A stretch of DNA of 64,000 nucleotides from Chiloscyllium plagiosum (Eukaryota), in NCBI RefSeq assembly GCF_004010195.1, contig NC_057719.1:81134682-81198681 (forward strand), read 5' to 3'. The position numbers and the translations under genes are program-made. Positions 41,950 through 56,207 of the stretch are shown here, piece after piece. The notes under the pieces are model-generated. The model worked only from the letters and a program-made list of their open reading frames with translations. It made no database searches and had not been told where the DNA came from. The first letter of the stretch is position 1, and every line of letters starts with the position of its first letter.

Positions 41950-43198
41950 ATTTATTACTGTCACAGTGAAACATATTGGCTTGCATGCCTTGCAGACAGA
42001 TCATACTATTCAAGTGCAATAGGGTAACTGAACAGAGTGCACGATACAATGCCAAGAAGATGCAGAGAGAGATCAGCATTAACATTAAAGATGTCCATTC
42101 AAAAGTCTGATATCAGCAGGGAAGAAGCTATTCTTGAATCTGTTTGCACGTGTATACAAATTTTATATCTTCTGCCCGAAGGAAGAAGGTGAAAGAGAGT
42201 ACGACCAGGGTGGCAGGGTTGATTATATTAGTTGCTTTCCCAGTGCAGCAGGAAATATAGTTGAAGTTAATGGATGGGATGCTAGTTTGCATAATCATAA
42301 ACTGTGTTGTGTACACAACTCTTCATGGTTTACTTCCATCTTGGGAAGAGCCTACCACACTGTGATGCATCTGGATAAAAGTGTACCTATAAAAACATTT
42401 AAGGGTCTTTATGGATATGCCAAACTTCTTTAGCTTCCTGACGAAGTAGATGCATTGCTGAGCTTCCTTGACCATTGTGTCAACATGGATGGACCAGAAC
42501 AGATTACTGGTGATCATCACTCCCAGGTACTAGATGGTCTCGACCATCTCCACCTCAGCACCATTGATGCAGATGGGGCATGCCTTCTATTCTGCTTCTG
42601 AGGTTAATGACCAGCTCCTTCATTTTGCTAATGAAGAGAGATTGTTGTCTTTACAACATGTTCTTAGCTGCTTCCTGTACTTGTGATCTGAGATCAAACC
42701 GACAGTTGTCAGCAAACTTGTAAATGGAGTTGATGTGGAATTTGGCCACACTGTCATGTGTGTATAAGGGCTGTAGTAGGGGGCTGAGTATGCGGCCATG
42801 TGGGTCTTCTGTGTGAAGGATTATTGTGGAGGAAGCAGGAAGCATTGTTGCCTATCCTTACTGACTGTGATCTGTTGGTCAGTAAGTTGGAATCCAGTTA
42901 CAAAGTAGGGAGCAGAGACCTACATCCTGGAGTTTGGGATGAGTTTGTTTGGAATTATGGTGTTGAAAGCAGAGCTGTAGTTAATGTGTAGGTGCCTGAC
43001 ATAGGTATCCTTGTGTCCAAATATTCCAAGGATGAATGCAGGGTTAGGGAGATGGCATTTGCCCTGGACCTGTTACGCCAGTACATGAATTGCAAGGGGT
43101 CAAGCCAATCTGTTGAAAATGATCACTGAGCAACCTCTTGAAGCTATTTGTAATTATGGATATCAGAGCCACCCAACAGTAGTCATTGAGGCACGCTG
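41950..43198 (-). mobile_element. Rex1/Babar-like LINE 3' part inserted into a SINE
   Basis: LSPLL..LYTHDSVAKFHINSIYKFAD and KEAQQCIYFVRKLKKFG; SINE halves at ~41725-41945 and ~43200-43320. Confidence 0.8.
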
Positions 43199-44904
43199 TA
43201 TAATTGAATTCAAAATCCACTATCTGCCGTGGTGCATTTTGAATCTAGGTCCCCAGAACAATACCTGGGTCACAGGGTTAATAGTCTAGTGATAATACCA
43301 CTAGGCCATTGCCTTCCCTTAATCCTTCACTTTACTCCAAAAAACATTTGATGCTGGAGTGTTGAGATTTCCACTACCCTTTCTGAGAAGAGATTATTCC
43401 TGACATCAGAACGGGCACACAAACTTTAATCTTAAGGTTAACTTTACTTATCAGGACTCCCAAATTATCCAGAGTCCCACCCATTCTGCCCATTGCCCTC
43501 AAGGTGGACTGTGGTAGGAAAGAGACTTGTCAAACTCCCTGTGGAATATGCCTTTGCAATAAAGGTCTGTAGATAGATGCAGTGCTATTTGTCACAATTC
43601 ATCCCAAATAGTTCTGTAAACTACATCTCTACTCTATATGCTGTTCCCAGAGACTCAAACTGAAATAAGTATCGACTGTGGCTTGAGAACCAGCAACTCA
43701 ATGAAGATTCCCTGTGATCTGCTCAAAGCCTGGTTTTTCAGTGCAACCTGGCACAAGATCCAGGATTACGTGCTAAGGAATGCTGTAAAGCTTAGGGCAC
43801 TTTTCACGGAGGAAAAACGGGGAAAGGCCAGATCAGGACCTTTCAGCCATAATATAGAGGGACTGAAAACCATAAAACCCCTTTGGCTGTGTGCCTTCCA
43901 AGAAATGTACACTGTGAACATCAGAACGTTTAAATTGAATTCAGGCTCCGCAGGGTGGAACATTGTGCAATGTGAAAAGTTGAGTTCTATCGTACTTTGT
44001 ATTTTTTAGTTTGAGATTTTGCCCTCAGGCTAATGCCCAACACAGAATCCATACTGTAAACATTAAGAATAATACAATTCTTTTGAGACACCTAAGATTG
44101 GAACAAACAGCATGGAGACAAGTTGAATGTTTTTGTACTTTCTGTAATATTTTCAAATCATTTTTTTTCCGTTTAATTGTTCATATTTTGGAGAAGAAAT
44201 TTACTTCTATTCACCCTACCTAGTCTTTCAATCATCATAAACACTTCCATATCTTCTTCTTAAAGAAAATCAAGCCTCGTCTATGCAACTTCAATGATTT
44301 AACTTGACGCGTCTCATTATCTGTGACAGACCTAAGCTGCACTTTAATATAGGAATGCATGCTACATTGCATGTTGAAAAAAGATCATGAGAAACTTTAA
44401 TACATCCTGGCTCTGTACAATTTAAACATTGTATACTTTCAAAGAATCTGCATCTGCCATAATTCACATTTTATGGTTTGTAGCTGTAGGCTTGGCAGAA
44501 TTACAAAGTAACAACTTGGCGGTTCACAGAAAATAGGAACAGGAGAAGGCCATTGGAGCCTACTCCAGCTTCAGGATGATCATGGCTGGCCATCCAAGTG
44601 AGCACCTGTTGCAACTTTCTGCCTGTTCCCTTTGATCCCTTTAGCCCTAAGAACTATATTTATCTCCTTCTTGAAAACATTGAATGTTTTGGCCTCAACT
44701 ACTTTGTGGCATAGAATTCCACAGGTTCACCACTTTCTGGATACAGAAATTTCTATTCATCTCAGTTCTAAATGGCCTACCCCATATCCTTATATATATA
44801 TGTATATCCCTAGTTCTGATTTCCCCCTACTTTGGGGGCATCTTTCCTGTATTTAACTTTAGGACAAAATGCATCCAAGTTTTGAGATACACATTTACAT
44901 AAAA

Positions 44905-45318
44905 AGCAAGAAATGAGGAAACTGGAGAAATCCACATTGATGCCGCGTGGTTGGAGGGCCCAGAGGCGGAAGATGAGGCATTCTTCCTCCAGGCATAGGG
45001 TGGTTAGGGATTGGCGATGGAGGCAGCCCATGACCTGCATGTCCTTGGCAGAGTGGGAGGGGGAGTTGAAGTGGTTGACCTATCACCATTACCCCCACCT
45101 CCATCTACTTATCAGACGCTCATCTACCTTCCCCCCCAGCCCTACCCCCCTTACATTTATCTCACCACCCCCTCAACTAAAAGCCTCATTCCTGATGAAG
45201 GGCTTTTGCCCAAAACGTTGATTCTCCTGCTCCTCGGATGCTGCCTGACCTGCTGTGCTTTTCCAGCACCACACACTCGACTCTGATCTCCAGCATCTGC
45301 AGTCCTCACTTTCTCCAC
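44905..45318. mobile_element. Penelope-like fragment with an internal inversion, followed by an HE1-like SINE fragment (to ~45470)
   Basis: LIFRLWALQPRGINVDF on minus, then the PLE terminus on plus. Confidence 0.8.
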
Positions 45319-46515
45319 AATGGGCAATTTATCAAGGCCAATCCACCTAACCTGCACATCTTTGGACTGTGGGAGAAAACAGAGGACCTAGAAGAAATCC
45401 ATGCAGACACGGGAGAACATGCAAACCACACAGACAGTCACCAGACCTTGGAATCAAATCCTAGCCACCTAGCGATCATAACATTGTGTATACTCCTTAG
45501 CCAAAATTATAGCCTCAGACAGAACAGTAGGAAATTATGTGGCTGATGGTATTTGTACCAGCGTTTTGGACAAACCTCACATCTTAGTCTCTTTTCTCTT
45601 AACCAACACTGCTCCAAATTTTCATTTTCAAGTATATATACACACAATTCCCTTGAGTTAATAGGACACAGTAATTTAATATCAATCCATACTACACCTC
45701 ATTATACTTCCCTGACAACCAACCATTCACGCTATCCTAGTTTTAATGTTATACTTCCAATTTTGTATCAAGACTGCCACTGTCCTGTTCAACTCAAAGA
45801 TGACAGTCTTGCTGACAAGTCTGTTATTTGATGCTTTGTCAACACGTTCTAAAGCCCATATACATAGATCGACCGGCCCACTCTCATCAACTCTGTTTCC
45901 AAGCTAACTACTTTGCTACAGGTAGAAATAGGAAAACCACTGCTCTGTGGTGATACAGCAGCATGCCATCCTTCTCTATTCTTTGAATAAACTATAACAG
46001 TGCAACTACATTGCGCTCCTTCTATAGAATATTCTGCTTTAAAGTTTTCAAATAGCTGACACGGTTTCCATGAATTATACACTGTAAAACTGAGCAAACC
46101 TGTGCTTCAATTCTTGGTCAATGCTCAACTGACAGAACTTAGGTGGAGCCATAGCAATAAAAGGAAGTGGACTGAATATGATCTATATCAGTTTACTGTT
46201 TTAGGGATAGGTAGAAGCTCACACAGTTCACGACTGCTGTTCTGTAATTCCTGTTGCAAATATGAAGGAACAGAACTGTCACGTGTCATGAGGTAGAATT
46301 ACCTACCATCATTAAGATTTATCAAAGTTTATGGAGGTAGGATAATCCATTTGGTTATGATGACTTAAAAGGATGGAGTGTTTTTTTTTTGAAGATTTGA
46401 AATATGGAATACTTTTCTAGAAACTTAAGAGTTGTAAACTTTGTATACTCTTATATTTTATGATGATGTGAATTTACCCTTTATTGAAGCAGGATTTGAA
46501 TCGTTCTGCACCTAC

Positions 46516-46648
46516 CTGCAGATGCTGCCTTGGCTCTGGTGAACGCTCATTATCCAAGCTGTTAGCCCGTTCATTCTGCTGCCTTGCGGGCTGCCTTTCT
46601 TTCAGGGATGTGCTCCTTCCACGGCGTCCCACCTGTTTCCCTTCTGTC
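46516..46648 (-). CDS. PACS2: PACS2 exon, [44 protein letters not shown]
   Basis: Acceptor cttcattag, donor gtaggt; 133 nt, phase 2/0; [12 protein letters not shown] and [11 protein letters not shown] motifs. Confidence 0.95.
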
Positions 46649-46699
46649 CTAATGAAGCCATGATACAACATAAAATAGATCAGGAACTCCACACACCAA

Positions 46700-47625
46700 C
46701 AATGCAGGACACTTAGCTGAATGAGATCGGTGTTTGTGGTGCTGATGCTCAAATCTGCTCTGTCATTCAATGTGATCACAGCTGATCTTTTACCTCAGCA
46801 TCACCTTTCCACACTTTTTCTCTGAAACCCCTAGTATCCGAAAGTCTATCAATCTGTCTTGAATACACTCCATGATTGAGCATCTAGAAATTTCTTGGGT
46901 AGAGAATTCCAAAGATTCACAGTCATTGGAATGCAGGAACCTAATGTCAGTCCGAACCAATCCAATGGTTATGGACTCCTCACACAGAGCAGCTACCCAA
47001 TCGAGCCTTTAAGAATTTAAACAAAATCACATTTCATCCTTCTAAATTTGAGGGAATATAGATCTCTCCTATTCAATTTGTCGACATGAGAACATCTCTC
47101 TCATTCCAGGAATGTGTCTGCTGAAACTTCACTGCATTCCCTCCAAAGTATGTCCTTCCTCAGAAGACCTGACCAAACTGTTGGCAGGTGTAGCCTCACC
47201 AAGGCCCTGTATAAAGGCCTGTGGCAAAACATCTTGCATTTGTGCAGCAATTCCCATTTTAGTGGCAGCTTCCCTAATTGCATTGGCATTTCAGCTTCCC
47301 ACAATTTGTACACAAGTCAGGTTCCACAGAATACCAATATTTCCCACTTTGAGGAATATTTTCTGCTTTTATATTTTCCTTCCAAAATGGAGAACTTCAT
47401 GTTTCTCCACATTATATTTCATTTGCTATGTTCTTGTTCACTCACTAAACCTGTTCATTTCTTTTTTGTGCTCTTCTGACTATGTACTGTCAAGAAACTT
47501 AGAGACGTCACACTGTCTCCTCACCTAAATCATTGATTTTAAATGATAAATATCCAAGATAGAAACACTAATGTTTGGGGTACCCCACAAGTTACAGCCT
47601 GCTAAATCAAAATAATGCATTTTGT
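46700..47625 (-). mobile_element. Old CR1 3' fragment
   Basis: ORF 47101..47313 (LYRALVRLHL). Confidence 0.65.
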
Positions 47626-47629
47626 TACA

Positions 47630-48560
47630 GTGACCATAGTTCTGTAAGTTTTAAGTTATTTATGGATAAAGGATAACAGCAGTCATTAGGTGAAAGTGCT
47701 AAATTGGGGGAAGGCTAGCCACTACAATATTAGGCAGGAACTGGGGAATGTAGAATAGAGGCAGCTGTTTGAGGGTAAATCTACATCTGGTGTGTAGGTA
47801 TGTTTTAAAAGCCAGTTGATTAGAGCTCAGGACCAGCATGTTTTAGTGAAAATGAAGGATAAGGTTGGCAGGTTCAGGAACCTCGGATGGCAAAAGAAAT
47901 TGAGAGCTTAGTCATAAAGGAAGCATGTGGAACGTTTAGGAAACTGAAGACAGCCAGAGCCCTCAAAGAATACAAAGATAGCAAGAAAGAACTCAAGTAA
48001 GAAATTAGGAAGGCTAAAAGAGGTCATGAAAAGTCCTTAGCAAACAGGAATAAGGAAAATCCCAAGGCATTATGTATAAATATATGAAGAGCAAGAGGGT
48101 AGCTAGGGAAAAGATAGGTCCACTCAAGACAAAGGAGGGAATTTATGGGCAAAGCCAGAGGAAGTGGGTGAGGTCCTTACTGACTACTTGAGAATTCACA
48201 AAGGAGAAGGACATGGGGGATGGGTGAATCTCAGGAGGGCTTCGTTGAAATTCTAGGGCATATCAATATAAAAAAAGGTGGTGTTAGGTGTTTTAAAAAG
48301 CGTTATAGTAGACAAGTCCCAAGAACCTGATGGAACCTACCCAGAATGCCGAGGGAGGCAGGTGAGGAAATTGCTCGGGCTATATAGGTAAGCTTTATAT
48401 CTTCTTTAGTTACAGGAGAGGTCTCAGAGGACTGGAGAATAGCTGATGTTGTTTAATTTAAGAAGGGCAACAGGATAATCCTGAAAATTACAGGCCAGTG
48501 AGCCTTATGTCAATGGTAGGGAAATTACTGGAGAAGATTCTCAGGGATAGGAGTTACGTG
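47630..48560 (+). mobile_element. CR1 ORF2 central fragment
   Basis: Similar to 51350-52290 (KENPKA, EDWRIA, ENYRPVSL). Confidence 0.85.
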
Positions 48561-49094
48561 AATCTGCTCTGCAATGAGCTTGTGGCTAATATGTCATCCC
48601 TATTACCAATTTTTCAGTGTTATTTTGTATGAACACCTGCTGGATCATGGGATTGTCTCTCAATTTAGCACCATCAATAGTCTGGAAGTGAAAACTGTCA
48701 CGATCGTTTAATCCTCTATTGAAGAAATTCAAGTTTTATACCTGTACAAGGTAGAACCTGGTAGAATATAACATATCATGAAATAGATTTAAATATTCAC
48801 AAAGCATTTATGTGAACATCTTAAAGGGAGTGGAGGAAAATATCATACTGTACATATATAAAAGATACATGGAAGAAAATTTGTTACAGGCGAATTGTAT
48901 AAACTGTATACACAATGCTGGTCTCTAAGTGGGGAACATTTCCTCATTGCATAGAAACAAATGGTTCCCATCTCTTAGCATGAGCATTGTTCCACCACTT
49001 CTATGCATGCACACCACTCTGCTGCTGGCCTGCTCAAACCAATCTCCCCATAATGCTCAGTATCAGCTCCTGGAAGTCATGCAATAGATATTTT

Positions 49095-49480
49095 CACAGC
49101 TCAATGGTCGTGCTCTTGCACAAAGTTAAAAGGTGATGGGTTCAAGTCCCACTCAATAGACCTCTGCACATCCTGCAGAATGTTGTGGTGTCAGAGGTGC
49201 TACACTTCAGATGAGATGTTAAACTAAGGCCTCAGCTACTTAAAAGATCTTTGATGCTATTTCATAGAGATGTGGAGTTTTCCCCAGTATTCTAACTAAC
49301 AGTCATCCCTCAGACTATAAGCCTAAACAGGTTACCTGGTTAATATCACACTGCTGATTATAGAAGTTGAGAAAAAAAACAAATGCTGCCTCTTCTACAA
49401 CAGGTCTATACTATAAATGATTTAATTGATTGTCAAGGGCTTTGAGAGGTCCTCAATTAGTAAAAGTCTCTATGAATTAT
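49095..49480 (+). mobile_element. Deu-domain-like tRNA SINE
   Basis: gggttcaagtccc B box; gtcagaggtgc...cagatgagatgttaaac core. Confidence 0.55.
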
Positions 49481-50444
49481 TTACTCTGAGGCATCTCCAC
49501 TTCCTTTCCATTCAAAACAGAGTCTACCAATTGAGTCGAACACATGTGGATTAGTTCACATACTTTTGAACTTAAGGATGATGAAGGATTTTTCAAACTG
49601 CATAACAGAGTCTGGGATGCAAAACAGACAGGATCAATGCTTCCACCTGCATCGAGCTATGCAGTGAGCTGGAATGTACCACACATTTAAATAATCAAAA
49701 TGTTCACAACTTCATGAAAGTTTGGAAGCTTTTAAAACATAATCTGCCCATAGACAAAAAAAAAGTACAGCCCAGAGGAGTCTGTCACCAAACCAGCACA
49801 AAGAAAAGTGAAAAAAAAACATGGTTAGATCACTTTGGAGATGTATTCATAATAGGCACTTCTTGACACCTTTCTGTTTTATGCTCTATCTAGTTTGGTC
49901 TGATCGATACCTCATGCAGGAATCAGATGTCTGAACTTTACTGTCATCAATAGTTTTGCATAGGCATGCAATCATGTCAGACAGATAGCTGGCAATTGCA
50001 AATGGCTTGTGTACTTGCACTTAAAAAGGAGTTTGAATGGTATTTCCAAGACTGACTTTTCCCTCAGTGGGTGGTCTGTGGTCAGAGTTATGGCACTAAT
50101 GTGAAGTACAGTGGAATAAAACCGCTAAACAATAAACCAGAGTCAATGTTGAAAAAGCTCATTTTAAGCTGAAGGTTAGTATCGGAGAACAATTTAGTTA
50201 ATTTGAAAAATGATGAAACATTTATAATAACTGTTAATAAACTGTACAGTTTTCTGCAATCAACTGATTATTAAATAAATTTGTTTGTTATATCATGGCC
50301 CAGGAGCTGGTCCTGACTATGTCTATGGTTTTCAGGCCTGACAAATCTACTAGAATTGTTTTAAGGAGATAAGGACAGACGAAGCTGTGCTTTATTTAGA
50401 TGTTCAGTACACTTTTTGATAAGTCCCACATAAAAGACAATCAC

Positions 50445-53400
50445 GTACGGAAGAAGGATTCACATTTTTGGATCGTTAGAAACACTTCTGGGGTAGAAGT
50501 GACCTGTACAAGAAAGATGGATTACCCCTGAATTGGAAAGGGACTAATATACTGGCAGGGAAATTTGCTAGAGCTGCTCGGGAGGAGTTCAAATGGGTGG
50601 GTGGGGAGGTGGAGGACAGGGAGGTAGTGAGGAAAGAGATTGATCGGAGACTGGCACAGTTCGGAAACGGAGTGAGTCAAACAGTCAGGGCAGGCAGGGA
50701 CAAAGCAGAGAACAAGGTAGGACTAATAAATTAAACTGCATTTATTTCAATGCAAGGGGCCTAACAGGGAAGGCAGATGAACTCAGGACATGGTTAGGAA
50801 CATGGGACTGGGATATCATAGCAATTACAGAAACATGGCTCAGGAATGGACAGAACTGGCAGCTTAATGTTCCAGGACACAAATACTACAAGGAGGATAG
50901 AAAGGGAGGTAAGAGAGGAGGGGGAGTGGTGTTTTTAATTAAGGGATAGTGTTACAGCTGTAGTTAGGGAGGACATTCCTGGAAATACATCCAGGCATGT
51001 TATTTGGGTGGAACTGAGAAATAAGAAAGGAATGATCACTTTATTGGGATTGTATTATAGACCCCCTAATAGTTAGCAGGAAATTGAGAAACAAATTTGT
51101 AAGGAGGTCTCAGTTATCTGTAAGTTTAAATATGGTGGTTATAGCAGGGGATTTTAACTTTCCAAACATAGACTGAGACTGCCGTAGTGTTAAGGGTTTA
51201 CATGGAGAGGAATTTGTTAAGTCAGTACAAGACAATTTTCTGATTCAGTAGGTGGATGTACCTACAAGAGAAGGTGCAAAACTTCACCTACTCTTGGGAA
51301 ATAAGGCAAGGCAAGTGTCTGAGCTGTCAGTGGGGGAGCACTTTGGGGCCAGTGACCATAATTCTATTAGATTTAAAATAGTGATGGAAAAGGATAGACC
51401 GGATATAAAAGTTGAAGTTCTAAATTGGAGAAAGGCCAATTTTGACGGTATTATGCAAGAACTTTCAAAAGCTGATTGGGCGCAGATGTTCACAGGTAAA
51501 GGGACGGCTGGAAAATGGGAAGCCTTCAGAAATGAGATAACAAGAACCCAGAGAAAGTATATTCATGTTAGGGTGAAAGGAGAGGCTGGTAGGTGTAGGG
51601 AATGCTGGATGACTAGAGAAATTGAGGGTTGGTTAAGAAAAAGAAGGAAGCATATGTCAGGTATAGACAGGGTTTTGAGTGAATCCTCCGAAGAGTATAA
51701 AGGCAGTAGGAGTATACTTAAGAGGGAAATCAGGAGGGCAAAAAGGGGACATGAGATAGTTTTGGCAAATAGGGTTAAGGAGAATCCAAAGAGTTTTTAT
51801 AGATACATTAAGGACAAAAAGATAACGATAGAGAGAATAGGGCCCCTGAAGGATCAGCAACACGGCCTTTGTGTGGAGCCACACGAGACAGGGGAGATAC
51901 ATAACAAGTGTTTTGCATCAGTATTTACTGTGGAAAAGGATATGGAAGGTATAGAATGGAGGGGAATAGATGGTGACATCTTGAAAAATGTCCATATTAC
52001 AGAGGAGGAAGTGCTGGATGTCTTGAAAGGCATAAAGGTGGATAAACCCCAAGGACTGATCAGGTGTACCATAGAACTCTGTGGGAAGCTATGGAAATGA
52101 TTGCTGAGCCCCTTGCTGAGATATTTATATCATCAATAGTCACAGTTGAGGTGCTGGAAGACTGGAAGTTGGCTAAGGTGGTACCACTGTTTAAGAAAGG
52201 TGGCAAGGACAAGCCAGGGAACTATAGACCAGTCAGCCTGACGTCAGTGGTGGGCAAGTTGTTGGAGAGAATCCGGAGGGACAGGATGTAAATGTATTTG
52301 GAAAGGCAAGGACTGATTAGGGATAGTCAACATGGCTTTGTGCTTGGGAAATCATGTCTCACAAACTTGATTGAGTTTTTTTGAAGAAGTAACAAAGAGA
52401 ATTGGTGAGGGCAGAGCGGTAGACATGATCAATATGGACTTGGGTAAGGCGTTCAACAAGGTTCCTCGTGGGAGCCTGATTAGCAAGGTTAGATCTCATG
52501 GAATACAGGGAGAACTAGCCACTTGGATACAGAAAGGGCTCAAACTCCACCCTCCCCCCACCTCCAACCAAACCGTGGGGTGGTGGTAGAGGGTTGTTGC
52601 TCATACTGGAGGTCTGTGACCAGTAGAATGCCACAAGGATCAGTACTGGTTCCATCTCTTTTCATCAGTTATGTAAATGATTTGGACGTGAACGTGTATA
52701 GTTTATAAGTTTGCAGATGACACCAAAAATGGAGGTGTCGTGGACAGCGAAGAAGGTTACCTCAGATTACAATGGGATCTTGATTAGATAGGCCAATGGA
52801 CTGAGAAATGGCAGTTGGAGTTTAATTCAGGTAAATGCGAGGTGTTGCATTTTGAGAAAGCAAATCTTAGCAGGACTTATACACTTAATCGTAAGGTCCT
52901 AGAGAGTGTTGCTGAACTGAAACCTTGGAGTGCAGGTTCATAGCTCCTTGAAAGTAGAGTTATAGGTAGATAGGATAGTGAAGGGGGCATTTGGTATGCT
53001 TTCCTTTATTGGTCAGAGTGTTGAGTACAGGAGTTAGGAGGTCATGTTGCAGCTGCTTAGGTCACTTTTGGAATATTGTGTGCTATTCTGGTCTCCTTCC
53101 TATCAGAAGGATGTTGTGAAACTTGCAAGTTTTCAGAAAAGATTTACAAGGATGTTGCCAGGGTTGGAGGATTTGAGCTTTAGAGAGAGGTTGAATAGAA
53201 TGGGGCTGTTTTCTCTGGAGCGTCGGACATTGACAGGTGACCGTATAGACATTTATAAACTCATGAAGGGCATGGAAAGGATAAATAGACAAAGTCTTTT
53301 CCCTGGGATGGGGGAGTCCAGAACTAGAGGGCATAGGTTTAGGGTGAGAGGGAAAAGATATAAATGAGACCGAAGCAACAACTTTTTCACCCAGAGAGTG

Positions 53401-53614
53401 GTTCATGTATGGAATGAGCTGCCAGAGGATGTGGTGGAGGGTGGTACAACTGTAACATTTAAAAGGCATCTGGATGGGTATATGAATAGGAATGCTTTGG
53501 AGGGATATGGGTCAGGTGCTGGCAAATGGGAGTAGATCAGGATGGGATATCTGGTCGGCATGGACATGTTGGACTGCAGGGTCTGTTTCTGTGCTGCACA
53601 TCTCTTTGACTCTA
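50445..53614 (+). mobile_element. CR1 (HER1-like) LINE: end of ORF1 and a near-complete but broken ORF2 (APE plus RT) with 3' tail
   Basis: LYKKDGL..NWKG; YFNARGL, IAITETWL, GDFNFP, SDHNSI; GNYRPVSLTS, PQGSVL, KFADDTK; frameshifts and stops. Confidence 0.95.
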
Positions 53615-53957
53615 AGTATAATGTAGATAAATGTGAGAATATCTAGTTTGGCAGCAAAAACACAGAGGTAGATTGGGAAAGGGAAAGGTTGAGTGAGATC
53701 TGGGTGTCCTTGCACATCATATAGTGAAAATAAGTATGCAGGTGCAGCAGGTGATAAAGGCTGCAAATGGTATGTTGGCTTTCGTAGCACGAGAATCAGA
53801 GTACAGGAACAAGGATGGCTTGATGGAATTGTACAGGACCTTGGCGAGACTATACTTGGAATAGTGTGTGCAATTTTGATCTCCTTATCTGAAGATGGAT
53901 GTTCAGGTTATGGAGGGAGTGCAAAATAAAGGTTTACCAGACTGATTCTTGGAATGT

Positions 53958-54980
53958 CAAGAGTGTGGTGCTGGAAAAGCACAGGTCAGGCAGCAACCGA
54001 GAGCAGGAGAATCAACATTTCGGGCATAGCCTTTCAACAGGAACGAGGCTTCTGGGTTGGGGCTGAGAAATAAATGGGAGGGGGTGGGGTGTGGGTGAGG
54101 TAGCTGAGAAAGCGATAGGTGGATGAAGGTGAGGGAGAAGGTGATAGGTCAGGGGGGAGGGGGGGAGCATCATCAACCATGTGGGAAGGGAAGTTGTGAT
54201 CGTGGAAGATGATGCCGTATGGTACTCTGAGGTGGAACTGGTCATCCTGGGAACAGATATGGCCGAGGCAGTGGAATTGGGAATAAGGGATGGCATTTTT
54301 ACAGGAGTTAGGGTGGGAGGTGGTGTAGTCTAGGTAGCTGTGGGAGTCAGTGGGCTTGTAGTATATGTCTGTGATTAGTTAGTCACCAGAGATGGTGATG
54401 GAGAGGTCCAGGGAGGGAGGTCTCCGAGATGGTCCAGGTGAATTTGAGGTCAGGGTGGAAGCTATGGGTAAAGTTAATGAATTGTTCAACCTCCTTGTGG
54501 GAGCATGAGGTGGCGCTAATACAATCATCAATGTAGCGGAGGAACAGGTGGGAGGGTGGAGCAGGTGTAGCTGTGGAAGATGGACTGTTCCATGTACCAG
54601 ACAAGAGGCAGGCATAGCTGGGTCCCATGCGGGTAGCCATGGCTACCCCTTTGGTTTGGAGGAAGTGGGAGGATACTGGTTGGGACAGGCCCCACATTGT
54701 CCCAGTCCCAAGCCTCCAACTCGGCACCACTCTCCGGACCCATCCATCACTCCCTCCTCTGACCTATTATCTTCTACCTCACCTTCATCCACCTATCACT
54801 TTCTCAGCTATCTTCCCCCCACACTCCACCCCCTCCCATTTATCCCTCAGCACCGACCCACAAGCCTCATTCCTAATGAAGGGCTTATGCCTGAAAAGTT
54901 GATTCTCCTGATCCTTGGATGCTGCCTGACCTGCTGTGCTTTTCCAGCACTACACTCTCAACTCTGAGCTCCAGCATCAG
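53958..54980. mobile_element. Penelope-like element with inverted terminal copies, inserted in an older CR1 (~53615-55400)
   Basis: KGVAMATRMGPSYA...FLRYIDDCI on minus; terminus on minus at 53958-54150 and on plus at 54680-54980. Confidence 0.88.
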
Positions 54981-56207
54981 AAGAGAGATTGGATCAGTTA
55001 GGACTATATTCAGTGGATTTTTGAAGAATGATGGTGGATCTCAGAAACCAAACAAGTTCCAACAGGACTAGACAGAGTAAATGCAGGGAGGATGTTCATG
55101 ATGACAGTCACAGTCCAAGGATAGGGGTAGGTTATTTAGGACCGAGACAAGGAGAAATATCTTCAGCCAGAGAATGGTGAGCTTGTGGAATTCTCCGTCA
55201 CAGAAAGCAGTTGCTGTCATAATATTGATTGTTTCAAGGAGGAGTTAGATATAGTTCTTCAGGTTAAAGGGTTCAAAGGGCATGGGGAGAAAACAGGAGC
55301 AGGGTACTGAGCTTGACGATTAACACAATCATATGGAAAGATGGAGTAGGTTTGAAGGCCCGAATAGCCCTGGCCTTGTTATTATCTTCTGTGTTTCCAC
55401 CTTCCAGAGTCAAGTAGACCATGATGCAGTACATAGTATTTTCTGGCCAGTTACACTAGTGACAAGGGTGCTCTGTTCAATCTACAGGCTTACTTAAAAA
55501 TCAGACAGGTACAGGTGTACCCTGGACTACAGAGAATGTCAGATCTGCACATTGCAGTGTGAGTCAGCCCACGATGAAGCGTAAAAATTCAAAAATTTAG
55601 CATCCACATCATTCCACAATGTGGCACAGAAAGAAAAGATTTTCATTTACTTTGAGCCTTTAACAACCTCTGGATATCTTAGACAATGAAGCAGCTTTGA
55701 ACTGTAATCACTATTATGATGTTGTAATGAGATAATGGTCAAATAATCTGGTTTAAGTGGCCCAGGAGCTTGTCCTGAATAAGCTACATTTTTCATGCTT
55801 GACAAATCTATTGGAATTTTTTCTTAAGGATATAACTAGTGGAGTTGATAAGGGACTGCCCAAGGTGTGGTTTTCTTAGATGTTCGGATGGCTTTTGATA
55901 AAATAGCTGTAGGATAAACATCAGCCAGAATATCTGGGAGAACTGACTTGCTTTTCTTTACATAATATCATTTGATCTCTTATATCCACCTTAGAAGGCA
56001 GCTTGGTTTAACATCTCATTCCAAAGACTAACAGTGCAGCTCCACATCAGTGCAGTGGAGTGTCAGGCTAGCTTGTGGTTAAGCTTCCAGAGTGCAACTT
56101 GAATCTACAATCTTCTGCCTTCAAGGTAACAGCGTTAGAAATGCATCATGGCTGACATGCGATTAATGCTTTTAGGCCACCATTATCTTCTACACAAAGC
56201 ACCTTAC

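Noticed and set aside
51252..52100. 282-aa ORF as a cellular gene
   Set aside because: It is a fragment of CR1 ORF2 flanked by stops and frameshifts
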